A DNA stretch of 32,000 nt, from assembly GCA_000025185.1 (NCBI GenBank), contig CP001848.1, forward strand, positions 390,001 through 422,000. Reading direction: 5' to 3'. Positions 1 through 7,987 of the stretch are shown here, in pieces (position 1 is the first letter of the stretch; each line of letters opens with the position of its first letter). Both the position numbers and the translations under genes were made by a program. The notes beneath the pieces were generated by a model, which was not told the origin of the DNA, searched no databases, and was given only the letters and a program-made list of their open reading frames with translations. This DNA comes from Pirellula staleyi DSM 6068. GTDB taxonomy: Bacteria; Planctomycetota; Planctomycetia; Pirellulales; Pirellulaceae.

Positions 1-1105
1 GACGTTCTACACCGAGCAGCAATCGGTGGATGTGCGTGAGGGGTTGGCTCGCCGAGTGCAAAGTGGCCTCTTCGTGGGCAAGGCTCCGTACGGCTACACC
101 AACAAGCGACAGGATGGGCGGAGTGTTGTTGTCGTCGATCCGAAAGCAGCAGCTGCCGTTCGTCGTGCCTTCGAACTCTATGCCTATCACAGTCACACGC
201 TCGATAGCCTCTCGGCACAACTCACGCGCGAGGGGTTCGAATACTCGCCTACTCATCCTGGGTTCGTACGCAGTAAGCTCCACATGATTCTGCGCGATCG
301 TGCCTATCTCGGCGAAGTTCGGTATCGCGATGCCTGGCACCCTGGCGTTCATCCTCCGATTGTTCCTGGGGAGGTTTTCGAGCGGGTGCAAGAGCTGTTC
401 GGGGTGAAGACCTACCATGCCAGTGAATCGGTCTACGGTGGTGCAATGATTCTTTGCGGCCACTGTGGCAAGCCCCTGGTGGTGGAAGTGAAGCGAAAGA
501 CTTCCAAGACAGGGACACGCGAGTATCGGTACTATCGATGCGCTCGCTACAACGCCGAAGAGCATCCTCGCGTTCGTCTGGTGGAATCGGAACTAGATCG
601 GCAAATGCTCGATCTGTTTCAGAGGATGCGAATCGAAGATGAGGGAGTTCGCCGCTGGGTGGTCGAAGTGCTTCGTGCAAAGTCCAAAACTGCGGAGCAA
701 GATGCGACGGCTGAGCGCGATGAGCTGCAGCGAGAACTCGACGCTGTTCGGAAGCAGAAAGATCGATTGCTGAGCCTGCGTCTCCTTGATGAGATTGAAT
801 CGGAGACTTTTGCCGCGAAGCAGTCGGAACTACGTTCCAAGGAAACGAAGCTGCAAACACGACTCGAAGGAACTTCTCGTCAGCAGTCGGAAAGAGGCGA
901 TTTGGCGGTGAAAGTGTTTGAACTTTCGCAAGCTCTTGGGGCTAAATGGCTTGCGGCCGATATCGCAGAAAAGCGACTACTTCTAGAAATCGTCTGTTTG
1001 AACTTGAAGCTCGTCGACGTAACTCTAGTCCCAGCAATGAGAAAGCCCTTCGACATGCTCGCCGAAGGGCTTCTTGTCTCATCAAGTCGGGGTGACAGGA
1101 TTTGA
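1..1105 (+). CDS. Large serine recombinase, C-terminal portion (5' end outside the window)
   Basis: The frame is open from nt 2, upstream of the ORF-track start at 26. GKAPYGYT...VVDPKAAAAVRRAFELY...SKLHMILRDRAYLGEV matches the recombinase domain of large serine recombinases. It is followed by the zinc-ribbon CGHCG...YYRCARY and a long charged, coiled-coil-like tail. The N-terminal resolvase catalytic domain is not in the window. The last ~6 codons read into the tRNA-like fragment. Confidence 0.85.
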   Translation, partial: TFYTEQQSVDVREGLARRVQSGLFVGKAPYGYTNKRQDGRSVVVVDPKAAAAVRRAFELYAYHSHTLDSLSAQLTREGFEYSPTHPGFVRSKLHMILRDRAYLGEVRYRDAWHPGVHPPIVPGEVFERVQELFGVKTYHASESVYGGAMILCGHCGKPLVVEVKRKTSKTGTREYRYYRCARYNAEEHPRVRLVESELDRQMLDLFQRMRIEDEGVRRWVVEVLRAKSKTAEQDATAERDELQRELDAVRKQKDRLLSLRLLDEIESETFAAKQSELRSKETKLQTRLEGTSRQQSERGDLAVKVFELSQALGAKWLAADIAEKRLLLEIVCLNLKLVDVTLVPAMRKPFDMLAEGLLVSSSRGDRI

Positions 1106-1128
1106 ACCTACGGCATCTACATCCCGAA
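1087..1128 (-). other. tRNA-Pro(CGG)-like 3' half (anticodon loop to discriminator); a fragment, not a functional tRNA
   Basis: The minus strand reads TTCGGGA-TGTAG-ATGCC-GTAGG-TTCAAAT-CCTGT-CACCCCG-A. That parses as anticodon loop (CGG, G37), 3' anticodon stem, variable loop, T-arm with canonical GGTTCAAATCC, 3' acceptor strand and discriminator. The expected 5' acceptor strand CGGGGTG and a D-arm are absent upstream, and only 3 of 5 anticodon-stem pairs form. Confidence 0.55.
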
Positions 1129-1287
1129 TGGTGGAGTGCAGCACTGTAGCAATGTGTAGTTATTTGTTGGCATTCGGGGAGAACTGACTGCAATTCAACT
1201 GAATGTGGTAGTTATCACAGAAGTAGGTGGAAATCGCAGATCTGCCGCGAATTTAGGCTGAAAAGTGGAGCGATAAAGTCCAAAATG

Positions 1288-1398
1288 CTACTTGTCATCC
1301 GCAAAGATCACGATGAAATTGGGCTTGGCTTTATCAGCACCAAAGACAGGCCACGCAAGCAGCAAAGCTGCTGCCGCGAATAGGAATGTACGAGTCAT
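1288..1398 (-). pseudogene. Sulfatase N-terminal stub (signal peptide plus start of catalytic domain), ended by an in-frame TAG after 36 codons
   Basis: My own translation gives MTRTFLFAAAALLLAWPVFGADKAKPNFIVIFADDK*. This is a signal peptide followed by the KPNxxxIxADD opening typical of formylglycine-dependent sulfatases. The roughly 400 further residues expected are missing. Confidence 0.6.
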
Positions 1399-1525
1399 GG
1401 CGCATGTAATCCGTGTCAACTGGGAGAATCACTGATTGTAAACTGCTCAACATGCTGCCACCACTTTTTGGAGTTCAATTGCCAAATTGTGAAGTTCAGC
1501 GCAGCCGCGAAGTCGCGGTCCAATC

Positions 1526-1545
1526 CTAGAGCCTGTTATTGACTT
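1526..1545. repeat. IS5-family left terminal inverted repeat (possibly including TSD CTAG)
   Basis: ctagagcctgttattgactt pairs with the reverse complement of 2371-2390, with one mismatch (t/a). Confidence 0.8.
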
Positions 1546-1573
1546 ATCTGCTTGAAATTGCTGTAGTTAGGGG

Positions 1574-2380
1574 ATGAAACACACGACAGGGAAGTCGTAT
1601 CCCAGCGACGTAACGGATGCGGAGTGGGAATTCCTGCTCCCTTACTTAAGCCTCATGCGCGAGGATGTGCCGCAGCGCGCCTATTCACTGCGCGACCAGT
1701 TTAACGCCATGCGCTACGTGGTGAAAACAGGAATCCAGTGGGACTTCCTGCCGCATGAAATGCCTCCGTGGCGGGCCGTCTATCAACAAATGCGACGCTG
1801 GTTCGAAGCGGGAGTCTTTGAGGAAATTGCGCAAGACCTCAGGCTGATGGTGCGTCTTTTGGAAGGACGTGACGAACAGCCAACCGCTGTGATCATGGAT
1901 GCTCGAACGCTGCAATCGACTCCTGAAAGTGGAGGCCGCGCGGGATACGACGGCGCGAAGAAAAAGAAGGGTTCGAAGGCCAATATTGCCGTCGATACAC
2001 TGGGAAATCTGCTGGCGGTTTACATCACTGCAGCCAATGAGCAAGACCGCGACCAAGTCGCCATCCTCTCGCAGAGAGTGCAAGAGGTGACGGGCAGCAA
2101 CGTGGAGATAGCGTACGTCGATCAAGGCTATACGGGCGCCGCAGCAGCCGAGCAGGCTGAAGCATCCTCGATAAGATTACAAGTTATAAAACATACCGAG
2201 ACCAAGCGAGGCTTTGTCCTATTGCCACGCCGCTGGGTTGTTGAGCGCACCTTTGGTTGGCTGAGTCGCTTCCGCCGTCTCGCGCGTGATTATGAGAGAC
2301 TCACCGTCACGCTCACCAACTTCCACTGGCTCGCCTTCCTCACCATACTCCTCGCAAAAATCTACAGACAAAGTCAATAA
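1574..2380 (+). CDS. IS5-family DDE transposase (DUF4096-type N-terminus plus DDE_Tnp_1 domain)
   Basis: The 268-aa ORF has an N-terminus YPSDVTDAEWEFLLPYL...YVVKTGIQWDFLP...WRAVYQQMRRWFEAGVFE. Its C-terminus is AYVDQGYTG...RRWVVERTFGWLSRFRRLARDYER. Both are hallmark IS5/IS4-type transposase motifs. Confidence 0.92.
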   Translation: MKHTTGKSYPSDVTDAEWEFLLPYLSLMREDVPQRAYSLRDQFNAMRYVVKTGIQWDFLPHEMPPWRAVYQQMRRWFEAGVFEEIAQDLRLMVRLLEGRDEQPTAVIMDARTLQSTPESGGRAGYDGAKKKKGSKANIAVDTLGNLLAVYITAANEQDRDQVAILSQRVQEVTGSNVEIAYVDQGYTGAAAAEQAEASSIRLQVIKHTETKRGFVLLPRRWVVERTFGWLSRFRRLARDYERLTVTLTNFHWLAFLTILLAKIYRQSQ

Positions 2381-2390
2381 CTGGCTCTAG
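2371..2390. repeat. IS5-family right terminal inverted repeat (possibly including TSD CTAG)
   Basis: aagtcaataactggctctag has reverse complement ctagagccagttattgactt. It overlaps the transposase stop codon at 2378-2380. Confidence 0.8.
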
Positions 2391-2606
2391 GGCAGATGGG
2401 AAAGTTGATAACTCCGCATTGTCGAACTGGTCGGTGCTATCGAATCCATCAACCTGCACGTCGTCCAGTAGCGATGCCCCACACGAGAAAGACGGGCACA
2501 ACGCGAAGTTAGTGGCAGTGCATGTGGCGGCTGTTTGGGACAAGTCTACCCAGGTGCATGAAAGCCACATCCCCAAGGTCGCAGGGGACAAGCAAGGCAT
2601 TCGGTC

Positions 2607-3878
2607 TCAAGGTTGGAACCTGTCACTATCGGCTTTCTTCGGTTCTTGGACGACAAGCACAACGACTGGTCGGGAAAGCCCAACCAAATCGGCTGTCGAA
2701 GCAGTTCGCGCAATCAACGTGTGAATTCCGAGCGGAAGTGGGCCGATCTCAAGCGTCAATTGGTGATCCTTCATTTCGCCCGTAGTGAGCAGGTTACCGC
2801 CGTCATAGAGTTCGATCTTGCCATCCGCAAGCGCGGAGTCGGCAGCAATCAAGACGGCGATACGATCCTTAACGCCATAAGTGCTGAGGGGTCGCTTATC
2901 GCCTTGGGGCATTGGCGAAACGATCCGCAAAAGCGGCTTGCGCGCAACGAACGCCTGCCAAACATGGGCCGTTTGTGGACCAGGTAGCCAGCATGCGGTG
3001 GACTTCGCATCCGAATAGCTCTTGGCGGGGGCGATGGTCGCGGCAGCGGAGGTCCATGTGGTCGGATTGCCATACCAAACCGAGTCGGGATCCACGGGCC
3101 GCAGTCTCACGGGGCCATCGACCGGCGAAGCATCGGCGGGAAGCCTTTGACGAATCACCTCATCAAAGAAGGGCCAGAAGAGGTTGTTAGACTGTCCCCA
3201 TTCGTGCTTTCGGTCCCATTGAACGGTGATGGCCCACTTCGAATCGAAGTCGGTTCGACGTTTGGGTAACAGCTCTTCGTGTTGTGACATCTGCCTGCCA
3301 TCGCGCTCGCCGAAGATGCTCATCATCGGCACCCCTGACGTCCGCCTTGTCTCGGGCCCCACTTCGAGACAAGCCAGTCCACAAGCAATGAACCTGTCAG
3401 GCAGTTGCTCGGCCAGAGAGACGCACATGCCAACTCCAGCCGACATACTTGCAGCGATCAGCGGAGCATGTGCGATTTCGGGGTGCTTGCTCTGAGTTGC
3501 CAGATCTTTCAGCCCGGCCAGGAGCGTCGCACCAAACTCTGCCTTATCAACCCGCATGAAGTTGCTGCCCACGAGTGCGAACTTCCAGTGGCGGCACATC
3601 GCACGGGACTGCTCTTGCTCAACTCCCGTGATATTGAAGGGCATCAAGTAGATGCCGCGAATAGACGGTTCGTCTTCGGGCAGCCAGAGCGAGAAGACGA
3701 CATGGTTGAGGCCGCCGTCAATTCGATCGACAGACTTCTTGGGCTTCTGAAGCGGAACTGCCGTCTGGTAGATCGTCTCGCCGGGTTTGCCTAATGGGGG
3801 CAACGGCGGCGGTTCTGCTGCGAAGACAGTGAGCGCAGGGGCGCAGAGGAGAAACAAAAAGAACCAAAAGCGAGACAT
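2607..3878 (-). CDS. Secreted hypothetical protein, possible alpha/beta-hydrolase fold with a C-terminal Ig-like beta domain
   Basis: I chose the internal ATG at 3878 (MSRFWFFLFLLCAPALTVFAAEPP, a signal peptide). It has GGAG 7 nt upstream and avoids overlap with the upstream gene, whose stop is at 3904. An SMSAG nucleophile-elbow-like motif sits in IAASMSAGVGM. The fold assignment comes from motif impression only. Confidence 0.6.
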   Translation of the reverse strand: MSRFWFFLFLLCAPALTVFAAEPPPLPPLGKPGETIYQTAVPLQKPKKSVDRIDGGLNHVVFSLWLPEDEPSIRGIYLMPFNITGVEQEQSRAMCRHWKFALVGSNFMRVDKAEFGATLLAGLKDLATQSKHPEIAHAPLIAASMSAGVGMCVSLAEQLPDRFIACGLACLEVGPETRRTSGVPMMSIFGERDGRQMSQHEELLPKRRTDFDSKWAITVQWDRKHEWGQSNNLFWPFFDEVIRQRLPADASPVDGPVRLRPVDPDSVWYGNPTTWTSAAATIAPAKSYSDAKSTACWLPGPQTAHVWQAFVARKPLLRIVSPMPQGDKRPLSTYGVKDRIAVLIAADSALADGKIELYDGGNLLTTGEMKDHQLTLEIGPLPLGIHTLIARTASTADLVGLSRPVVVLVVQEPKKADSDRFQP

Positions 3879-3903
3879 AGGCCCACTCCGAGTCAGTTTA
3901 CGC

Positions 3904-5286
3904 CTATGCCAGCAATTCCGAGATGACACCCGTTTGATCAACGTCCCGCAGGCCGGGATCGGGCACGCCAAACTTGTCGCGAGGTTTGCCAACCGCATGC
4001 AGGAGCGTGCAATAAAGATTGGCCATCGTGCGGTGGTTTGGGGTCCCGTAGTTGGGGAACTGCAGATAGCGTCCGTCAGTCTTCAGTTTGCCACCGAGAT
4101 TCCCGATCAGTACTACCGGCCATTCATAGAGGCTGGGGTGATGCCCTTCGCCGGAATCACTTAGATAGACGAGCAGCGTATTGTCCAGCATAGTGCCGGA
4201 ACCTTCAGGTGTATTTTGTAGCTTAGCGACCAGTCCGGCGATGAGCCTGGTATGGAAACGCCGCAACTCAACGAAGCAGTCCTCTGACGATTCCCTTCCA
4301 TAAGCATTGCCGTGACCGATCCCATGGAGATCGGGAATGTTAAATTCGGGAAACTTACCGAACTGCTGCCCCCCTCCACCACTCGCCAGCGTGACGACGT
4401 TCGTCAACCCAGCCACGAGTGCCGCGCCGGCGATTTCAAACTGCGCCTCGAGAATCAAACTGGAGACACTGGTCGTCGCCTTTTCACCGAGCTTGGGAAC
4501 GACCTTCTTGAGCTCCTCGGTTTTGGCGACGAGTTCGCGTTGTCGATTGTGCAAGGTCTCGAATGCTTCGAGATAACGATCAAACTTCTGACGCTCGTCG
4601 CCCACCAACTCGGCGCGGGAGCGGCGGACATCATCGGCCATGAAGTCGAGCAGATTCGTGCGACGGTCAAAGGCAGCTTTGCCTGAGCCCTCGGCCACGC
4701 TGCCAAAGAGCGATGCAAAAGCTAAGTCGGGCGAGCAGATAATTGGGACTTCCTTGCCCGGACCGGCTGCCGAGACTCGATAATTCATGGGCCCCTCCCC
4801 GCCATTGAGTCCCACAGCGACATGAGAAAACGTGCCGGGTAAGGCCTCGCCAATCGCTGAGTCGATGGTTTGCATCATCGCTCCCCGGTTCGCTCCATAG
4901 GCACCGAGTGCCCCATGATTGGCCGAATGGTCACTGATGGCGATGCGTCCTGAGAGACCTTGAACGAAAGCCATCCGATCTTTAAACGGCGTGAGCGGCT
5001 CTAAGGCCGAATGCAACTCCTTGTCGTGCAGCGTGAGTTCTTCCAGCTTGTCGTTGGTAGGTCGTTCATTTCGGCCATCGGGCCGACGTTTGACACCCAC
5101 AGGCACAAGATGATTGGGATTCAAGCCGTTGCTTTGGACGACGAAGACAACTCGTTTGCGGAGCGCATGCTGCTCATCACCGGCGGCGTGTGCCGCGAGC
5201 TGTGCGAGGATCGGTGACAGCAGTGTAGCCCCAGCGCCGAGGGTGATCCCCTTGAGCAAGCTGCGACGTGTTAGTTCGGTGCTCAT
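3904..5286 (-). CDS. DUF1552 domain protein with Tat signal
   Basis: The N-terminus is MSTELTRRSLLKGITLGAGATLL (twin-arginine type). Family-typical blocks are VFVVQSNG, GHHPSLYEWPVVLIG and NHRTMANLYCTLLHAVG. Its ATG overlaps the upstream stop (ATGA at 5283-5286). Confidence 0.9.
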   Translation of the reverse strand: MSTELTRRSLLKGITLGAGATLLSPILAQLAAHAAGDEQHALRKRVVFVVQSNGLNPNHLVPVGVKRRPDGRNERPTNDKLEELTLHDKELHSALEPLTPFKDRMAFVQGLSGRIAISDHSANHGALGAYGANRGAMMQTIDSAIGEALPGTFSHVAVGLNGGEGPMNYRVSAAGPGKEVPIICSPDLAFASLFGSVAEGSGKAAFDRRTNLLDFMADDVRRSRAELVGDERQKFDRYLEAFETLHNRQRELVAKTEELKKVVPKLGEKATTSVSSLILEAQFEIAGAALVAGLTNVVTLASGGGGQQFGKFPEFNIPDLHGIGHGNAYGRESSEDCFVELRRFHTRLIAGLVAKLQNTPEGSGTMLDNTLLVYLSDSGEGHHPSLYEWPVVLIGNLGGKLKTDGRYLQFPNYGTPNHRTMANLYCTLLHAVGKPRDKFGVPDPGLRDVDQTGVISELLA

Positions 5287-7463
5287 TGTGGGGCTCCCAA
5301 AGTTGTTGGCTGCGGATCAAGAGGTGACGGGGTAGCGCGAAGCAGGAATGAATCTGACGTTAGCAGTGAGACGACAAGAGCCTTGAAACTTCCTCCGCTT
5401 TCCACATAAGAGCGATCGGCTTGTTGCAACGTCCGAGCATCTGCCAGGGTTTCGTTGCGACCTAGGAAGTAGCGGAACGCATGCCGCACAAAGACTTGGC
5501 GCACACGATCCGAATCAGCCAAGCGGAGGACCAGTTCACGCGGATCGCGGACGGTTCCATCGAGCCGCGCATCTCCGCTATTGGCAATCGTTCCGGAGGT
5601 GTCGAGCGCCACTTCGCGAGTTATTGGCCCCAGTTGTTTCCCCTTGTTATCGACGTTTTTCTCGGTAGCTTCGAGGTCGAGCACCGCTTCCGTCGAGCGG
5701 AATCGGCCATAGTGATCGAAGTTCTCCAAGGGCAATCCGAGTTCATCCATTTGCTGATGGCACTTCCAGCACTTCGCATCACGCGTGACGGTAAGTCGAT
5801 CTCGATAGGTGCGATGTTTATCATCGGGAACTTGGGCCACCACGCCAATCGGCAGATCGGGCACGGTTCCTCCGAGCAAGCGTTCTCGAATCCAGCGGCC
5901 GCGGCGAACGACGTCGTTGTCAAAATTCGTGCTCCAGGCGACCAACCAACTTGGTTGCATCAGAATGCCCAGCCTCTGGCCTTCGGGAAGCTCTGTCGGT
6001 TGCTTCTGGGGCCATTGCTGAAAGCCATAAACGGCATCGACGCCTCCGAGCCATTCCGGCTTGTTCTTGGGGTTTTTGTCCGGTGGTGGGATCACATCGA
6101 ACGGCACTCCGACCAGCGGTCGATCGGGTTGGGACTTGTCGACCTTGGTGTTGTAATTCACAAACGAGAGTCGCGTGGTGAGCAATTCACGCAAGACATC
6201 TTTGTCTTGCTCCAGGATATGGAGTACCAGACGATCGGTGTCGCTCACCAATACTTGGGGAACATGCTTGATCTTGTCGGTCGGTTTGTCCTTGAAGACA
6301 TCTGGGGCGCGGTGGTATTCGAAGTACTCTTGGAAAAACCGCAGCAGTCTCGGCTTCTTGATTTTGGGATCATCCAAAATGCGCTTCACATGAGCGGCCA
6401 CCTCTTCCCTGGTGGTTAGTTCACCTTTTTCAGCAGCCTGCATGATGCCGCTTTCTCGACGGTCTCCCAGGGCCAAGCTCAATGCGCGGGCTAATTCCAG
6501 CGGCTTCAGCGCTTGCCGACCGGAATCACCTTCGGTCGCTGCACCGACTTCGGAACGATACATCGCATCGGCACGTAGCAGCACCGCCTGAAGCATCGTC
6601 TTTACGGCGGCGGGGCGATCTCCGTCCGTCGCACATTTTTCATAGAGAGAAAGGAATCGTTCAACTTCGCTGGCATCCGCTTTGCGGCCAATCGCTAAGC
6701 GGAACTGTGTTTGCACTGCGGATTCCAACTGCTCGCGACTCGGCACAAGCGCCGGGTCCATCAGTTTGACGAATTCACCGATGGTGTCGTTCTTGCCCTG
6801 AAGTTTGCCCTCTTTGATCACGTGGGCCGTTTGTCCCGCAACGATGATTTCGGCGTTCCGCAGCAAGACTTCAGTGCTCGGTTCATCAATCGAGTACAAC
6901 TCGGCGAAATCCTTAATGCCGCGTTCGGGAATCACTGTGAACGGCTGAACCAATCCGTCGGCGCGTCCCCGATGCACTTCTCCTACAAAGCCTTTGTAGC
7001 CATCCGGGCTGAGCCGCCACACTCGTGCGGAAGTGGGCGCATTGCCTGTAGCTAGATTGCCGAACAATAACTCGTGTGAGATCAAATTCCCTTGGTTCGG
7101 CAGGGGGAGCCGCTGTTTGCTCGCTTGCAGAGAAAGCCACTCCAGAACCGTGGCTAACTTTTCGCGGGGGATTTGGGGTTCTTCCTCCGGTGGCATGAGT
7201 CCCCCGCGAAGTTGTTCTCGTACCATGTTCCAGCGAGCAAGATCGTTGCTTTCGTTGGTTGACAAATCGTCCAGACGGACGTCACCCTCCTGCTTGTTCG
7301 GGCCGTGACACTTCATGCAGTGCGTCTTGATCACTTGCCTAACAAGAGTGGCATTCGCGTCTTCCGCCGCAATTGCAGCGTGGTGTGTAGGAGCAACTAG
7401 GCACCATGCAACAAAAACGCACGACGAGAAGACGTTACAGACTCTGTTTATGTCGCTGTTCAT
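5283..7463 (-). CDS. Planctomycete CxxCH-motif protein of the DUF1592/DUF1588/DUF1585 family
   Basis: It has a signal peptide and CMKCHGPNKQEGDVRLDDL, a PSCyt-type CxxCH motif. The conserved C-terminal blocks are RRGRWIRERLLGGTVPDLP, CWKCHQQMDELGLPLENFDHYGRFR and FRYFLGRNETLAD. Confidence 0.9.
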   Translation of the reverse strand: MNSDINRVCNVFSSCVFVAWCLVAPTHHAAIAAEDANATLVRQVIKTHCMKCHGPNKQEGDVRLDDLSTNESNDLARWNMVREQLRGGLMPPEEEPQIPREKLATVLEWLSLQASKQRLPLPNQGNLISHELLFGNLATGNAPTSARVWRLSPDGYKGFVGEVHRGRADGLVQPFTVIPERGIKDFAELYSIDEPSTEVLLRNAEIIVAGQTAHVIKEGKLQGKNDTIGEFVKLMDPALVPSREQLESAVQTQFRLAIGRKADASEVERFLSLYEKCATDGDRPAAVKTMLQAVLLRADAMYRSEVGAATEGDSGRQALKPLELARALSLALGDRRESGIMQAAEKGELTTREEVAAHVKRILDDPKIKKPRLLRFFQEYFEYHRAPDVFKDKPTDKIKHVPQVLVSDTDRLVLHILEQDKDVLRELLTTRLSFVNYNTKVDKSQPDRPLVGVPFDVIPPPDKNPKNKPEWLGGVDAVYGFQQWPQKQPTELPEGQRLGILMQPSWLVAWSTNFDNDVVRRGRWIRERLLGGTVPDLPIGVVAQVPDDKHRTYRDRLTVTRDAKCWKCHQQMDELGLPLENFDHYGRFRSTEAVLDLEATEKNVDNKGKQLGPITREVALDTSGTIANSGDARLDGTVRDPRELVLRLADSDRVRQVFVRHAFRYFLGRNETLADARTLQQADRSYVESGGSFKALVVSLLTSDSFLLRATPSPLDPQPTTLGAPQ

Positions 7464-7483
7464 GTCGGGTCAGCCTTGATGAT

Positions 7484-7987
7484 TTAATCGGCAACCGAAG
7501 AGGAGGCGATGGGAATCGTGCGCAGGAAATATTCCTGCCAGGCGGTGTTCGGGCCCCCATTCGCCTTCTCGCCAGCATGGGCAATCGTCGTGTGGAACAG
7601 GTCATCGAAACCAGCCCGCTGCGAAGTCCAGCTCTCGCCCCTCGCTGTTGCTTGCAATGGTGCCTGGTCGTCTACTTGGAGCGGTGCTCGCTGCCGAGCG
7701 TCGAGGCGACCTGCGGCCAGTTCAGTGGCACGCTTTTCGAGGAATTTTCGCATCTCGAAAATCTCAAAGATGTCGTCGGTGGTGATGCCAGCCACGTGTG
7801 CGCGGCAGTTGTAATGTCGGTGCACGAGCCCCTCTTTCGCGAGTTGCTGTAAAGCATCGTGAATTGGCATGTGGCTCACTCCAAATTCACGAACAACGCC
7901 CAGTTCGCTTCGCTCAGTTCTCGAAGCAAACTGCCCCGAAAGAAATTCCTTGGAGCAGGCGATGATAAACGGCCTCGCGAAAGCAAC
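7484..7987 (-). CDS. GntR-family (FCD-type) transcriptional regulator; start codon unresolved, possibly a pseudogene
   Basis: The ORF track starts at GTG 7879, which lies inside the winged-HTH. The frame is open upstream to a TGA at 7990-7988. It encodes VAFARPFIIACSKEFLSGQFASRTERSELGVVREFGVSHMPIHDALQQLAKEGLV, a recognisable GntR HTH. No ATG, GTG or TTG occurs in frame between 7987 and 7880. Confidence 0.6.
   Translation of the reverse strand, partial: VAFARPFIIACSKEFLSGQFASRTERSELGVVREFGVSHMPIHDALQQLAKEGLVHRHYNCRAHVAGITTDDIFEIFEMRKFLEKRATELAAGRLDARQRAPLQVDDQAPLQATARGESWTSQRAGFDDLFHTTIAHAGEKANGGPNTAWQEYFLRTIPIASSSVAD

Larger units (their letters stand above)
1526..2390 (+). mobile_element. 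IS5-family insertion sequence, apparently intact (865 bp including both flanking CTAG)
   Basis: A single transposase ORF is bracketed by terminal inverted repeats ctagagcctgttattgactt (1526-1545) and aagtcaataactggctctag (2371-2390). These match at 19 of 20 positions when reverse-complemented. The outer CTAG on each side can equally be read as a 4-bp target duplication of the YTAR type used by IS5-group elements. Confidence 0.85.
1416..2600 (-). pseudogene. Small hypothetical ORF split by the IS5 insertion (107 codons once the IS is removed)
   Basis: ATG 2600 opens 70 codons up to the IS junction (...NAELSTFPSA, GCC at 2393-2391). Deleting 1530-2390 (the IS plus one CTAG copy) keeps the frame open for 37 more codons (LGLDRDFAAALNFTIWQLNSKKWWQHVEQFTISDSPS) to TGA at 1418-1416. 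I recognise no family. Confidence 0.45.

Noticed and set aside
1087-1165. A complete tRNA gene on the minus strand
   Set aside because: Only positions ~32-73 fit a tRNA. The 5' acceptor strand complementary to CACCCCG and a D-arm are absent, and the anticodon stem pairs at only 3 of 5 positions.
1288-1290. The in-frame TAG in the sulfatase stub as recoding (pyrrolysine or read-through)
   Set aside because: No supporting context is present. Sulfatase similarity is lost within a few codons after the TAG, and the frame closes again ~30 codons later.
3879-3998. A 40-codon N-terminal extension of the 2607-3998 ORF
   Set aside because: It overlaps the 3' end of the upstream DUF1552 gene and has no signal-like features. 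The internal ATG at 3878 gives a clean signal peptide with an SD.
5481-6419. A 312-aa plus-strand ORF
   Set aside because: It is antisense and fully nested in the DUF1592-family gene. It has no recognisable motifs and is a typical shadow ORF of a GC-rich gene.
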